In this document: positions 26,088 through 35,783 of the stretch, in pieces | Numbering within the stretch: the stretch's first letter is position 1 | Layout of the letters: the number at the start of each line of letters is the position of its first letter | Virus record (IMG/VR): IMGVR_UViG_3300020175_000005 | Coordinates: 34,507-98,506 of that record | DNA: 64,000 nucleotides | Reading direction: 5' to 3' (one strand) | Source of the DNA: a virus | Program-made: the position numbers and the translations under genes | The notes under the pieces: generated by a model | Database searches by the model: none | The model's input: only the letters and a program-made list of their open reading frames with translations | What the model was told of the DNA's origin: nothing

Positions 26088-26996
26088 TTAGATATATTGC
26101 TTGAATATTCGATCAAACTGTTCTTTTTTACTATTGTATTTATCAATGTATATTTTTAAATTTTCTTCTAATACATTGCTATTACTTATTTCTAAATAAT
26201 CCAGAATATACTCTGGACGATCGAACCAATCATCACCAACAACAATATGACTTTTATTTAATTTTTGATAAGTTTTTATAGTATAATTGATATCATCTGC
26301 ATCATTATCTTCTTGAAACTTTTTAAACAGCCTATCTGAATCGTCAGCCAATGTAATATCATTTGATCCATTTAATTGAGCATGATACAAATCCCAATGT
26401 GCAAAATTAAGTTGCCACATATACTTCAAAAGACCAGAATCAATTTGCTTGTGCATGTAGTCGTGATACTGATCATACCATACCTTTTTCCATTCACCAA
26501 TGTTTGATCCATCCATAAGCATATGATCTTGCCACCACAAATTTGTGTGACTATCTACATGCTGGTGTGATATAGGGTTAAAGGCGTACTGGCTAATATA
26601 AAAAAACTGAAACTCTTGTGCTGAAGTATTGTTAATAATAGTTTTTTCAACATTTATTGCGGTGGAGGTATCTTTAAGGCATCCAAAATAATTACTCCAC
26701 ACGCATATATTATAATCGTTTTCAATTTCATTAAATGGTGAAACGCAATCACTTATTTGATCTTCGGCATCCAAATTTTCCATGCGGCGAAGAGATTCTT
26801 GATGCAAGTCGTAAACTCTTTTGGATACAATACTGTTACCCCTGTCTTCAATTATAATTCCACCAATGTTTTTATCATTATCTGATTGTCTCGATTCGAA
26901 TTCATATAACTGGGGACCAAATCTACTATCTGATGCTAGCCACCAGGCTATAGCAGGTGCGCTTCCATTTACTGAATTGTACACTGCTACTTTCAT
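26088..26996 (-). CDS. Hypothetical protein
   Basis: 302-aa ORF between the two tRNA clusters. Confidence 0.75.
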   Translation of the reverse strand: MKVAVYNSVNGSAPAIAWWLASDSRFGPQLYEFESRQSDNDKNIGGIIIEDRGNSIVSKRVYDLHQESLRRMENLDAEDQISDCVSPFNEIENDYNICVWSNYFGCLKDTSTAINVEKTIINNTSAQEFQFFYISQYAFNPISHQHVDSHTNLWWQDHMLMDGSNIGEWKKVWYDQYHDYMHKQIDSGLLKYMWQLNFAHWDLYHAQLNGSNDITLADDSDRLFKKFQEDNDADDINYTIKTYQKLNKSHIVVGDDWFDRPEYILDYLEISNSNVLEENLKIYIDKYNSKKEQFDRIFKQYI

Positions 26997-27013
26997 TTTT
27001 TAGTCCTTTTGTA

Positions 27014-27088
27014 TGGAGCGGGTGAAGAGATTCGAACTCTCGACATTCTCGTTGGCAACGAGATGCTCTACCACTGAGCTACACCCGC
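27014..27088 (-). tRNA. tRNA-Gly(GCC)
   Basis: Cloverleaf, TT-GCC-AA loop, CCA. Confidence 0.95.
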
Positions 27089-27092
27089 ATCG

Positions 27093-27168
27093 TGGTGGGT
27101 AATAAGAGACTTGAACTCCTGACATCCTGCGTGTAAAGCAGGCGCTCTACCAACTGAGCTAATCACCC
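27093..27168 (-). tRNA. tRNA-Val(UAC)
   Basis: Cloverleaf, TT-TAC-AC loop, CCA. Confidence 0.95.
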
Positions 27169-27173
27169 TATTA

Positions 27174-27261
27174 TGGCGGAGAGACAGGGATTCGAACCCT
27201 GGGAACCTCGCAGTTCAACGGTTTTCAAGACCGCCGCATTCGACCACTCTGCCACCTCTCC
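27174..27261 (-). tRNA. tRNA-Ser(UGA)
   Basis: Long variable arm, CT-TGA-AA loop, CCA. Confidence 0.95.
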
Positions 27262-27266
27262 TGTAT

Positions 27267-27342
27267 TGGCTCCTTGTGTTGGGCTCGAACCAACGACCTA
27301 CTGATTAACAGTCAGTTGCTCTACCAACTGAGCTAACAAGGA
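27267..27342 (-). tRNA. tRNA-Asn(GUU)
   Basis: Cloverleaf, CT-GTT-AA loop, CCA. Confidence 0.95.
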
Positions 27343-27347
27343 ATATT

Positions 27348-27551
27348 TTACCTAGTAAAGTATTTAGTTAATACTTCTATTTGATCATCATACTCTGCGA
27401 TGACTTTTAATTCTACTTCAATTGCTTCCAGGATATCGGAATGTTCTCCAATACCCACAGGGTTAGCTAAGTACACCTCAACATTTGCTTTGTGTTTAGC
27501 AATATGTCCTTGGGCATGCGCAATTGCAGCTTGGATTAGAGTCTCTCTCAT
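27348..27551 (-). CDS. Conserved small phage protein (VGIGEHSDI motif)
   Basis: 67 aa; motif typical of marine T4-like phages. Confidence 0.8.
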   Translation of the reverse strand: MRETLIQAAIAHAQGHIAKHKANVEVYLANPVGIGEHSDILEAIEVELKVIAEYDDQIEVLTKYFTR

Positions 27552-27725
27552 ATCATATCTTTCTGTGATTAAAATGAGAGCGTTTAACGTCTGCTCTCAT
27601 AAGACGGCACGGGTTTGCCGGCATCATTCATTCAATTATTTCAAAAGAGGAATGAAACTCTTTACAGTCCTGATACCTAACCGTAGGTATTGGCGTGCTT
27701 ATTAAGTAGCAACCCTTATTATAAT

Positions 27726-27801
27726 TGGTGGAGCGTATCGGGATCGAACCGATGACCCCCTGCTTGCAAAGCAGGTGCTCTCCCATCTGAGCTAACGCCC
27801 C
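27726..27801 (-). tRNA. tRNA-Ala(UGC)
   Basis: G3:U70 pair, TT-TGC-AA loop, CCA. Confidence 0.95.
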
Positions 27802-27924
27802 AATTAAAATTTACTCTTCTATGTCTTTCCTAACGTGTGTGGCTCGACACTGTCCATTTTAAATATTACCATATTGGTACGAGCTTCCTAATTACTATAT
27901 ATCTATTTATGATATTAGTGTGTA

Positions 27925-28165
27925 TATGCTAACAGTTCAACGCTTTCGCTCCACGCTTCGCACTAACGACAAACACCTGCCGGCATACTTGCATCGACCC
28001 TTTTGTTGTGACTGCGAACTCACTTCATCATATGGGACTTGGTAACCCATACTAGTTAGTGGCAAACTAACGTGTCCTTTAAACACCGAGCAGTTTTGGG
28101 ACCTACTCAGGTCATCCTGGGCACCATTTGCTCAATTGTTTAACAAGGGGAACAAAACCCTTTAA
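27925..28165 (-). ncRNA. Candidate ~240-nt structured ncRNA within the tRNA operon
   Basis: No ORF; serial hairpins GAGCA..TGCTC, GTGT..ACAC, GTTAGT..ACTAAC, TATGGG..CCCATA, GTGA..TCAC. Confidence 0.5.
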
Positions 28166-28167
28166 CT

Positions 28168-28252
28168 TGGTACGAGTAAGAGGACTTGAACCTCCACGCA
28201 TTGCTGCACTAGAACCTAAATCTAGCGTGTCTACCAATTCCACCATACTCGC
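28168..28252 (-). tRNA. tRNA-Leu(UAG)
   Basis: Long variable arm, TT-TAG-GT loop, CCA. Confidence 0.95.
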
Positions 28253-28255
28253 ACG

Positions 28256-28331
28256 TGGTGCCCCCACACGGACTCGAACCGCGGACCTACTGATTACAAA
28301 TCAGTTGCTCTACCAGCTGAGCTATAGGGGC
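28256..28331 (-). tRNA. tRNA-Thr(UGU)
   Basis: Cloverleaf, TT-TGT-AA loop, CCA. Confidence 0.95.
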
Positions 28332-28333
28332 AT

Positions 28334-28503
28334 TAAACTACTTACTAGATGCGCCCTCAGTATCTCCAATCTCTCCGCACGGCCTTATTGACATTGCCGC
28401 TCTAGTTCGACTGAAACTAGTAAAACTTGACATCTAAGCCTAACAGTTTTAGAGTTTTTAGCTGATCAACGCCTCTACACGGACGTATCTAGTAAGTAGT
28501 TTA
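28334..28503 (-). ncRNA. Candidate ~170-nt RNA closed by a 20-bp stem
   Basis: TAAACTACTTACTAGATACG ... CGCATCTAGTAAGTAGTTTA inverted repeat (one mismatch on the minus strand). Confidence 0.55.
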
Positions 28504-28558
28504 TTCTTATTCAATTGTCAAATAACGTGTTAATGTCTTTGCATCAACTTATGTATTC

Positions 28559-28587
28559 AATATAACGTATAATGATGTCGTTGTCAA
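28559..28587 (-). promoter_or_regulatory. Sigma70-type promoter of the tRNA operon, followed by a boxA-like element
   Basis: TTGACA-acgacatcattatacgt-TATATT; GTTATTTGACAA at 28515-28526. Confidence 0.75.
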
Positions 28588-28643
28588 CACCTTTTTTATT
28601 TTTCCTACGTTTTATTTATCCTTTTTATCTACGTAGATAATTA

Positions 28644-29168
28644 TTATTCTTGTATAGATGCAGATAGATTAATAATTACCGTTTGACCCTCATAAAATCT
28701 ACGAGTAGTTTTTTGTGTAATTGTGGCACCACCATATTCTACAGTTGTGGTCCAGCCGCTTGCTACACTTCGTGTCTCGTTTACGTGGACTGTGCGACAA
28801 CTTTCTTCCTGGCGGTAGCCAACAATTTCACGTCCGGGTTTTGCGCCTGATTTATCTGCACCAATAACACCACCTAATATTGCGCCGGCTGCTGCGCCGC
28901 CGTCGTTTCCACCAATTGCTTTACCGAGGATGCCGCCAATAATCATACCAGCTAGGGCGCCTTCACCAGCACTCCCTTTATTTTTAGAGTAGATAGGTAT
29001 ATCTTTAATAGTACATTTTGTAGATGGTACTTTAACCGTTTTGTTATGATAATGAGGCACGCTGCTCAATACTGTTCCACGAACAGTAGTAGTGTTGTCA
29101 TAACTTTCAGCATTGACGATAGATGTGGTCATCGCCACTGCTGTCATCGCTATCAAAAACTTTTTCAT
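28644..29168 (-). CDS. Glycine-zipper 2TM domain secreted protein (YcfJ-like)
   Basis: Signal peptide, GALAGMIIGGILGKAIGG...GAILGGVIG and CRTV motifs. Confidence 0.85.
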   Translation of the reverse strand: MKKFLIAMTAVAMTTSIVNAESYDNTTTVRGTVLSSVPHYHNKTVKVPSTKCTIKDIPIYSKNKGSAGEGALAGMIIGGILGKAIGGNDGGAAAGAILGGVIGADKSGAKPGREIVGYRQEESCRTVHVNETRSVASGWTTTVEYGGATITQKTTRRFYEGQTVIINLSASIQE

Positions 29169-29267
29169 CTTCTAACTTCCTTACTATATCTATTCCGAGT
29201 TCCCTATCTATATCAGACATGACTAGTTGCACACTGTGCATAAACCATTCATCTGATATATCATTTA

Positions 29268-29555
29268 TCATAGCAACTCTGGAAACATTCTCTTTACATA
29301 ATTATTGACAATTACCTGGGTATCTCGATCCACTTGAGATATATTGCCTCTGGGGGCATCAACGCCTTGTGTTCGAATTTCACCCTTGGCTACACGCAAA
29401 AGTTCACGCTTGTTTAGTTCTTGTACTTGATCTAAGGTGACTTGTCGTTGAGCGATTGCACTTATAATATATTCGGATACATCGCCGTGAGTCATTGGTA
29501 TTTCAATTTTCGCATTAATGCGTTTTATACCATCAGGATAAAGTTGAGCTCTCAT
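29268..29555 (-). CDS. Hypothetical protein
   Basis: 95 aa behind a TTGACA promoter at ~29620. Confidence 0.7.
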   Translation of the reverse strand: MRAQLYPDGIKRINAKIEIPMTHGDVSEYIISAIAQRQVTLDQVQELNKRELLRVAKGEIRTQGVDAPRGNISQVDRDTQVIVNNYVKRMFPELL

Positions 29556-29650
29556 GTTTCTACCATTGTTGTTTGTTTACATCTTATGTTCTTAATATAA
29601 CATAACCGTTCTAGATGTCAAGTAAAAGATGTTACTTTTTAAAAGATATC

Positions 29651-31018
29651 TTACCAAGTTCCTAAACTAGCACGTTTCCAAATATTGGTCACGCCGTCAT
29701 AGTCTGCTGTCGCAATATACATATGCTCACCATCAGTGGCAATTGCACCTTTTTTGTCACCAGCTTTGCCGATTGGACTAGATGGGATGTCTTCTTGCGC
29801 AATAGGGTTAGGATTGGTTAAATTCGTTGTGGCGTTAGATGGTGTATTAACTACTGTGCCTGTGGTTGCTATAGCTGTTGCCGCTGGCTGTGCAGATGGC
29901 TCTACTGGAGAACCAGCACTTACTGCTGAAGTCGCTGCATCTGGAACATCAGTATAACCAGTTACTCTCCCACAGTAGTCATATGTTGCTACACGTGTCA
30001 CGCCTTGTATTTCTGGATCAGTTTGATTGCGTAGCTTTGAAATTAGCTCTGGTTCTAGTATATAATCAAATATGCTTTTGCCAGATGCGTCAACTTCATA
30101 TGGCTCCAATTGATTAAATGCTGCTTGTAATCCAGCGCCCAGTCTCTGTGCTTGCGCCAGTGTCATTGTTGATGGATCAATAGCAACACCAACACCAGTG
30201 TGTATTCTATCCACTGGACTGAACACACTCCCGCCGTTGCCAGTTTCACCAGTTGTGCTATCAGGTTCGGTTCCCTTAAAGTTATTTTCAAACTCTATAA
30301 GGTTTTGCATATCATCAGCAAAGGCATCTATATGTGAAGCAAATCCATCAAGCACACTTTGGGGCGCATTAACTAGTTCCTGAATACTAAATGAGCCATC
30401 AGGCTGTCTCATTAGATCGGCAATGTCTCCCAGAGTTCCTCCAGTAAATATACCAGCACTAAATGAAGCACCTGCAGATCCGCCAGCACCTGGGAGGCTA
30501 ATACAGCCTCCGATATCACTGTTTGCGATTGTTCCCAGTTGGTCTAATACATTTTGTCCTGCGCCAGTAAAGCTACCAAATAAATCACCAAGTACATTGG
30601 GGATTGCTCTTGGCATAATTGGTGTTCCACAAAAATTAATCATATTGGCAATTGCGGCAAATTCAGCTATTGCATCATTCAACCTTCCAATAATATTTTC
30701 AATATTGGTGTGCGCAATGAACGAGTCAAGTGCAGCCTGTGCTTTATTGAGAGCGCCTTGTAGTTTAGCTAATGCTCCATTAATATTAATACCAATCTCA
30801 GCCAAAAGCCCTGCAATGTTAGCTTTAAGACAAATTTGCAAGTTAGGTAGTTTAATACCATTACCTGCCAATAAACTACAAATTAGTTCTCGCAAACTAA
30901 AACTAGTTTCGCCTTTTATAATTGCTCCTGCTGGCCCAATATCAATAGAATTTGGAATACTTACTGTGCGATTTAAATAATCATTAGCTGAAGATAAACC
31001 GCTTGTAAAGTCAGTCAT
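29651..31018 (-). CDS. Putative baseplate or virion structural protein
   Basis: Coupled to the PAAR gene; C-terminal GKAGD..G.IATD..HMYI...WKR motif found in tail proteins. Confidence 0.6.
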   Translation of the reverse strand: MTDFTSGLSSANDYLNRTVSIPNSIDIGPAGAIIKGETSFSLRELICSLLAGNGIKLPNLQICLKANIAGLLAEIGININGALAKLQGALNKAQAALDSFIAHTNIENIIGRLNDAIAEFAAIANMINFCGTPIMPRAIPNVLGDLFGSFTGAGQNVLDQLGTIANSDIGGCISLPGAGGSAGASFSAGIFTGGTLGDIADLMRQPDGSFSIQELVNAPQSVLDGFASHIDAFADDMQNLIEFENNFKGTEPDSTTGETGNGGSVFSPVDRIHTGVGVAIDPSTMTLAQAQRLGAGLQAAFNQLEPYEVDASGKSIFDYILEPELISKLRNQTDPEIQGVTRVATYDYCGRVTGYTDVPDAATSAVSAGSPVEPSAQPAATAIATTGTVVNTPSNATTNLTNPNPIAQEDIPSSPIGKAGDKKGAIATDGEHMYIATADYDGVTNIWKRASLGTW

Positions 31019-31308
31019 TACCCGCCTACCTTCACATCACCACTACAACCAACAGCACTGGGCGCACAATGCGATCCTCCAGGGATAGGACACTTCCCAT
31101 CTGGCGAGGCACTGTTGCCTTGTATTACCACTAACTTACCATTAATACGAACATTGGGATTAGCGGCGTTCAATGTACCGCCGCCATGTGAGTTTGGATC
31201 ATTGTCAACACTGACTAATTTAGTGTTTGCATAGACAGTAGCTTGTCCCGAAACAATGTTACTTGCTCCACAACTTCTTTGATCGCCATTTCTATGCACA
31301 CCGCTCAT
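31018..31308 (-). CDS. PAAR-type baseplate spike protein (gp5.4-like)
   Basis: VHRNGDQRSCG, NVRINGK and GCSGDVKVG, with Cys/His metal ligands. Confidence 0.85.
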   Translation of the reverse strand: MSGVHRNGDQRSCGASNIVSGQATVYANTKLVSVDNDPNSHGGGTLNAANPNVRINGKLVVIQGNSASPDGKCPIPGGSHCAPSAVGCSGDVKVGG

Positions 31309-31598
31309 TATACTGTTACAATTCCTGTTGTCTGTTGTGTGTACGTATCAGTGGTGTCTTTAGCAGACTTGACAATACATACAATACTATTTAGTTTTAG
31401 CTTAATCTTAGCATCTGGGCTAACAGTAAACATGAATGGTGCTAGGCCCATACCTTGCTCAGTTGCCATAAGCATTAATGGTTTAGTTACTGTAGCGTGT
31501 GATGAATCTTCCGCATCTAAACGTGCAATCATTTCCTCGCCACTGCTGAGTTTAATACTTACTACATCACCTGTTTTGTATGGTGTTTCAATAATCAT
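31308..31598 (-). CDS. Conserved Sm-like fold phage protein
   Basis: VVSIKLSSGEEMIAR...KPL...YTQQTTGI. Confidence 0.7.
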   Translation of the reverse strand: MIIETPYKTGDVVSIKLSSGEEMIARLDAEDSSHATVTKPLMLMATEQGMGLAPFMFTVSPDAKIKLKLNSIVCIVKSAKDTTDTYTQQTTGIVTV

Positions 31599-31846
31599 AA
31601 TGTGTATCCGGTTCCGTTGTAATTGGTTTCTTCTAAGTAAGTACCTAATTGATCCTTACCGCCTATTGATGTTCCATTGACTTTAATCTGTGGGAAGGTA
31701 CGTGCTCCGGGGAACATCTCTAATACTTCCTCACGAGTAAAGTCTGTGTCGAGTTGAAAATACTTGTATTTTAACTCACGTTGTTCGCAAAGCCGCTTTG
31801 CTTGATCACAATGCGGACATGCTGGTTTACCATAAATTTCAATCAT
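31595..31846 (-). CDS. Glutaredoxin
   Basis: CPHC, RTFPQI and IGG motifs; downstream of nrdAB. Confidence 0.95.
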   Translation of the reverse strand: MIEIYGKPACPHCDQAKRLCEQRELKYKYFQLDTDFTREEVLEMFPGARTFPQIKVNGTSIGGKDQLGTYLEETNYNGTGYTL

Positions 31847-32970
31847 AAACTAAATCCTTTAAATGTGTCTTCACTGACATCTTTTTTAACGCCGCCCAGT
31901 ATATATGAACTAATTTCTGTTTCTTGTGGTGCTACTTGAACTTCTGCACCGCTAATCCATTTCTGCGTCCACGGTAGTGGGTTGGCTTGTGTGGTAGTGT
32001 ACGGGCATTTTAGTCCCAACGCTGTCATACGCTTACAACAGATCCATTCAATATAGTTATTTAATAGTTCAGCGTTCAGGCCAATCATTGACCCGTCCTT
32101 GAATAGGTATTGTGCCCATTGCTTTTCCTGTTCTACTGCATCTACAAACATTTGAATAATGTCTGATTCGCACTCTTTTGCAATTTCCGCAAATTCAGGA
32201 TCTTCTTTAACAAGAACTTTGGTAAGAAGATATTGTGTTGATGCAAGGTGTATGTTTTCGTCACGTGCAATAAATTTAATAATTTTAGCATTACCTTCCA
32301 TCTTCTTGAGTTCTGCAAATGCCCAAGAGCAAGCAAAACTTACATAGAAGCGAATACCTTCTAATACGTTTACACTGTTTAAACACATCCAGATTTTCTT
32401 TTTAAGTTCACGCTTGTCAACAGTAATCTTTTTACCATTAACAGTGTGTGTGCCTTCGCCCAACAATTGATACCACTGTTGATATTCGATAAGATCATCA
32501 TAATACTTTGAAATGTCATCAGCACATTCCACAATCTCTTTGTTATCCAAAAGGCTGTCAAATACTATGCTTGGATTTGAGTAGATATTACGAATAATAT
32601 GAGTGTAACTACGTGAGTGAATTGTTTCGCTAAACGCCCAAGTTTCAATCCATGTTTCCAGTTCTGGAAGCGTAGTAATTGGCAACAATGCCAAGTTAGG
32701 GCTACGTCCTTGTACACTATCCAACAAGATCTGACGCTTTAAGTTACTTGTAAAGATATGCTGTTCATGCTCAGTAAGTTTCTTAAAATCACTACTGTCT
32801 TTACTTACATCTACTTCTTGTGGTTGCCAGAAAAAACCCAATTGCTTTTCTGTTAGTTTATCAAATTGTTTATATTTTAATATATCGTATCTTTGAAAGC
32901 CTAGGCCTTCATCCAAAAACGCATTTGCTTGCGTATGGTGTTTTTTGTTCTCTGTGTTTAGTACTGACAT
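31843..32970 (-). CDS. nrdB: Ribonucleotide reductase class Ia beta subunit
   Basis: FFWQPQEVD, LLDSVQGR, ETIHSRSY, EGIRFYVSF, RDENIH and VAPQETEISSY. Confidence 0.97.
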   Translation of the reverse strand: MSVLNTENKKHHTQANAFLDEGLGFQRYDILKYKQFDKLTEKQLGFFWQPQEVDVSKDSSDFKKLTEHEQHIFTSNLKRQILLDSVQGRSPNLALLPITTLPELETWIETWAFSETIHSRSYTHIIRNIYSNPSIVFDSLLDNKEIVECADDISKYYDDLIEYQQWYQLLGEGTHTVNGKKITVDKRELKKKIWMCLNSVNVLEGIRFYVSFACSWAFAELKKMEGNAKIIKFIARDENIHLASTQYLLTKVLVKEDPEFAEIAKECESDIIQMFVDAVEQEKQWAQYLFKDGSMIGLNAELLNNYIEWICCKRMTALGLKCPYTTTQANPLPWTQKWISGAEVQVAPQETEISSYILGGVKKDVSEDTFKGFSL

Positions 32971-32979
32971 TATTATTTC

Positions 32980-35283
32980 CTAAATTACGCAACTATCGCA
33001 GTCATCATCATCGATGTCTGAGATAGCCAATGGGGGGTCGTCTTTGAAGTCAATTTCGCCTTGACCATCATATGTGTTAAAGTAATACAATTGTTTTCCG
33101 CCGTATTTGTAGAACATTATAAGATGCTGTAGCATTGTACTCATTGGAATCTTTTCATCTTCATAAAATTCCGGGTTGTAACTTGTATTAACACTGATGC
33201 CCTGATCGATATACTTTTGTAATATTGCCATAATCTTCAAATAGCCTTCTGGACTATGTTGACTCCATAATAAATCATACTTGTTTTTCAGTCTAGGATA
33301 TCCTGGAACCACTTGCTTTAGTACACCGTGCTTTGATTGCTTGACTGACACAAACGCACGTGGTGGTTCAATACCGTTTGTGCTGTTTGAAATCTGTGCG
33401 CTTGTCTCTGCTGGCATAAGTGCCATTAGTGTCGAGTTTCTAATTCCAGTTTCTTTAAGTTGTTGACGTAGACTGTCCCAATCCATACGCTCAACGTGTG
33501 GTACTAGTTCGTCTACTTCTTGTTTATAAGTTTGGTTTGGTGTAATGCCTTGTCCGTATTTTGTTTCGCATACACCTTCAATATTGCCTTTTTCGATTGC
33601 AAGGTCTGCACTGGCTTTAATTAAGTAATAACTCCATGCTTCTGTCCATTCGTCTACTAAGGCTAGTCCCTCGGCATCAATATGCTGATAGGTTAAATTG
33701 TTTTTAGCTAGCCAGAAAGCAAAGTTAATAATACCCACACCCAAAGGGCGGCGCTTCATTGTTGATAACTGTGCTGCTAACACAGGATAATTTTGATAGT
33801 CTAATAGTTCATCCAGTCCACGTACTGCTAATGCACAAACACGTTCAAAGTCTGCTGGAGTTTTAATATTGCCCCAATTGATAGCACTGAGCGTACATAG
33901 TGAAATTTCTCCCTCTTCATCGTTAAATGCATTGAGAGGCTTTGTTGGCAAGTTGATTTCACAGCACAGGTTACTTTGCTTAACAGGAGCCATTGACTCG
34001 TCAAAACTACCATGGGTATTGGCGTGATCTACGTTCATCAAATAGATACGGCCAGTATTTTTACGTTCTTCCATAAATGACCCAAACAGGTCACCTGCTG
34101 GAACAACTTGCTTGCGAATATCTTTCCTACGTTCAGCTGCTTCATATAGGCGCTTAAACTCGTCCTGATCTGCAAAGAATGCATCATACAACCCTGGCAC
34201 ATCGCTAGGAGAGAACAGTGTGATATTGCCGCCAGTTAGTAGACGCTCATACATTAGCTTGTTAAACTGTACGCCGTAATCTAGGTGACGAACACGATTG
34301 TCTTCTGTGCCTTTATTGTTTTTAAGCACTAGTAGGTCTTCTACTTCATAGTGCCAGATAGGATAATAAAGAGTTGCAGCGCCGCCGCGAACACCGCCTT
34401 GGCTACATGACTTAACTGCACTTTGAAAGTGCTTATAGAAAGGAATAACACCTGTGTGGCTTGCATCACCTTTGCGTATTGGCGAACCGATAGCACGAAT
34501 GCTACCAGCACCAACGCCAATGCCAGCTTTTTGACTTACGTACTTAACAATAGCTGAACTAGTAGCACTGATACTGTCAAGGCTATCACCAGTCTCGATA
34601 AGAACGCAACTACTGAACTGCCTCTGTGGCGTTCGTAATCCCGCCATAATAGGAGTAGGCAGACTGATATCAAAATTACTAATAGCATCATAAAAATCCT
34701 TTACCCATTTCATTCTTGTTTCTTGGGGATAGTTAGCAAAAAGTGTGGCTGCAATCATCATGTATGCAATCTGCGGAGTTTCAAAAATCTCACCAGTAAC
34801 ACGATTCTGTACCAAATACTTACTGCGGAATTGTTCCATACCAACGTATGCAATATTCTCGTCTCGATCATGTTTGATATAACTGTTTAATTGCTCAATT
34901 TCATTATCACTATAAACAGAAAAAAAACTCTCATCATAGTATCCTAGCTCAACATTCTTGCGAGCAATATCTGCAAGATGGAACGGAGTATATGTACTAT
35001 ACACTTGCTTTCGAATATGATAGTTAATTAAGCGTCCTGCTACCCACTGGTAATTAGGTGTCTCTTCTGAGATAAGATCGGCGGCTGCTTTGATTAATGT
35101 CTCTTGTACGTCTGAAGTTTTGATGCTGTTATAAAATTGCAAGTGACTTCGCAACTCAACTTCACTGGCACTTACACCAGTCACACCTTCACAAGCAAAA
35201 AATACAACTTTGTGCATTTTTTCCAAGTCTAAATTTTCTGATGATCCATCTCTTTTCAAGACAGAAATTTGGCTGTTATTCAT
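32980..35283 (-). CDS. nrdA: Ribonucleotide reductase class Ia alpha subunit with ATP cone
   Basis: QFSSCVLI, SCSQGGVRGG, QSNLCCEI, LYYFNT and C-terminal CDSC. Confidence 0.97.
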   Translation of the reverse strand: MNNSQISVLKRDGSSENLDLEKMHKVVFFACEGVTGVSASEVELRSHLQFYNSIKTSDVQETLIKAAADLISEETPNYQWVAGRLINYHIRKQVYSTYTPFHLADIARKNVELGYYDESFFSVYSDNEIEQLNSYIKHDRDENIAYVGMEQFRSKYLVQNRVTGEIFETPQIAYMMIAATLFANYPQETRMKWVKDFYDAISNFDISLPTPIMAGLRTPQRQFSSCVLIETGDSLDSISATSSAIVKYVSQKAGIGVGAGSIRAIGSPIRKGDASHTGVIPFYKHFQSAVKSCSQGGVRGGAATLYYPIWHYEVEDLLVLKNNKGTEDNRVRHLDYGVQFNKLMYERLLTGGNITLFSPSDVPGLYDAFFADQDEFKRLYEAAERRKDIRKQVVPAGDLFGSFMEERKNTGRIYLMNVDHANTHGSFDESMAPVKQSNLCCEINLPTKPLNAFNDEEGEISLCTLSAINWGNIKTPADFERVCALAVRGLDELLDYQNYPVLAAQLSTMKRRPLGVGIINFAFWLAKNNLTYQHIDAEGLALVDEWTEAWSYYLIKASADLAIEKGNIEGVCETKYGQGITPNQTYKQEVDELVPHVERMDWDSLRQQLKETGIRNSTLMALMPAETSAQISNSTNGIEPPRAFVSVKQSKHGVLKQVVPGYPRLKNKYDLLWSQHSPEGYLKIMAILQKYIDQGISVNTSYNPEFYEDEKIPMSTMLQHLIMFYKYGGKQLYYFNTYDGQGEIDFKDDPPLAISDIDDDDCDSCVI

Positions 35284-35345
35284 ATTTTTACCTTCTCGTT
35301 GGTTTACAGTGTCAGTTATTTAACAATAAAAAAATTTATATAAAG

Positions 35346-35780
35346 CTAGGTTAACTGCTCAGTGTCCCAACTCTTTAGTATATCACAATGTGATATGTCC
35401 GCAAGTTTATTAATTATACCATAAGTATAGTTTAAAATGTACTCGTCGTCAACTAAAATAATTAATTTTACTTCACTTTTATTTTTGTCCTGTATCAGTT
35501 TTATTTCACATGACCAGTCGATTAATTCCAAAGTATAAGCCATACCAAGAGTAATTACGTTCTCATCGTAATCTCCAGTGTGTAGTAAATCCCATGGATT
35601 CGGCCAATCAGTATTGTCATAAGGATCAATTACTCTCGAATTAATCGGCGCTGATTTCCACCAGTCAACTACTGCTTGTAGGACCTCTTCTTCATCATCA
35701 ATATTTAGCAATTCATTTCTGAAATTACGCCAAATTTTTAATCTTTCTCGGGGACTTTCTAACCATACATTTGCAATCAT
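35346..35780 (-). CDS. Conserved hypothetical protein
   Basis: 144 aa with WPNPWDLL motif. Confidence 0.75.
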   Translation of the reverse strand: MIANVWLESPRERLKIWRNFRNELLNIDDEEEVLQAVVDWWKSAPINSRVIDPYDNTDWPNPWDLLHTGDYDENVITLGMAYTLELIDWSCEIKLIQDKNKSEVKLIILVDDEYILNYTYGIINKLADISHCDILKSWDTEQLT

Positions 35781-35783
35781 TAT

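Noticed and set aside
27925-28165. RNase P RNA
   Set aside because: The GAGGAAAGUCC and AGAACCCGGCUUA consensus elements are absent on both strands.
32980-35283. Inteins or introns in nrdA, and likewise in terminase, helicase and uvsX
   Set aside because: Lengths and motif spacing are normal, with no insertions or homing endonucleases.
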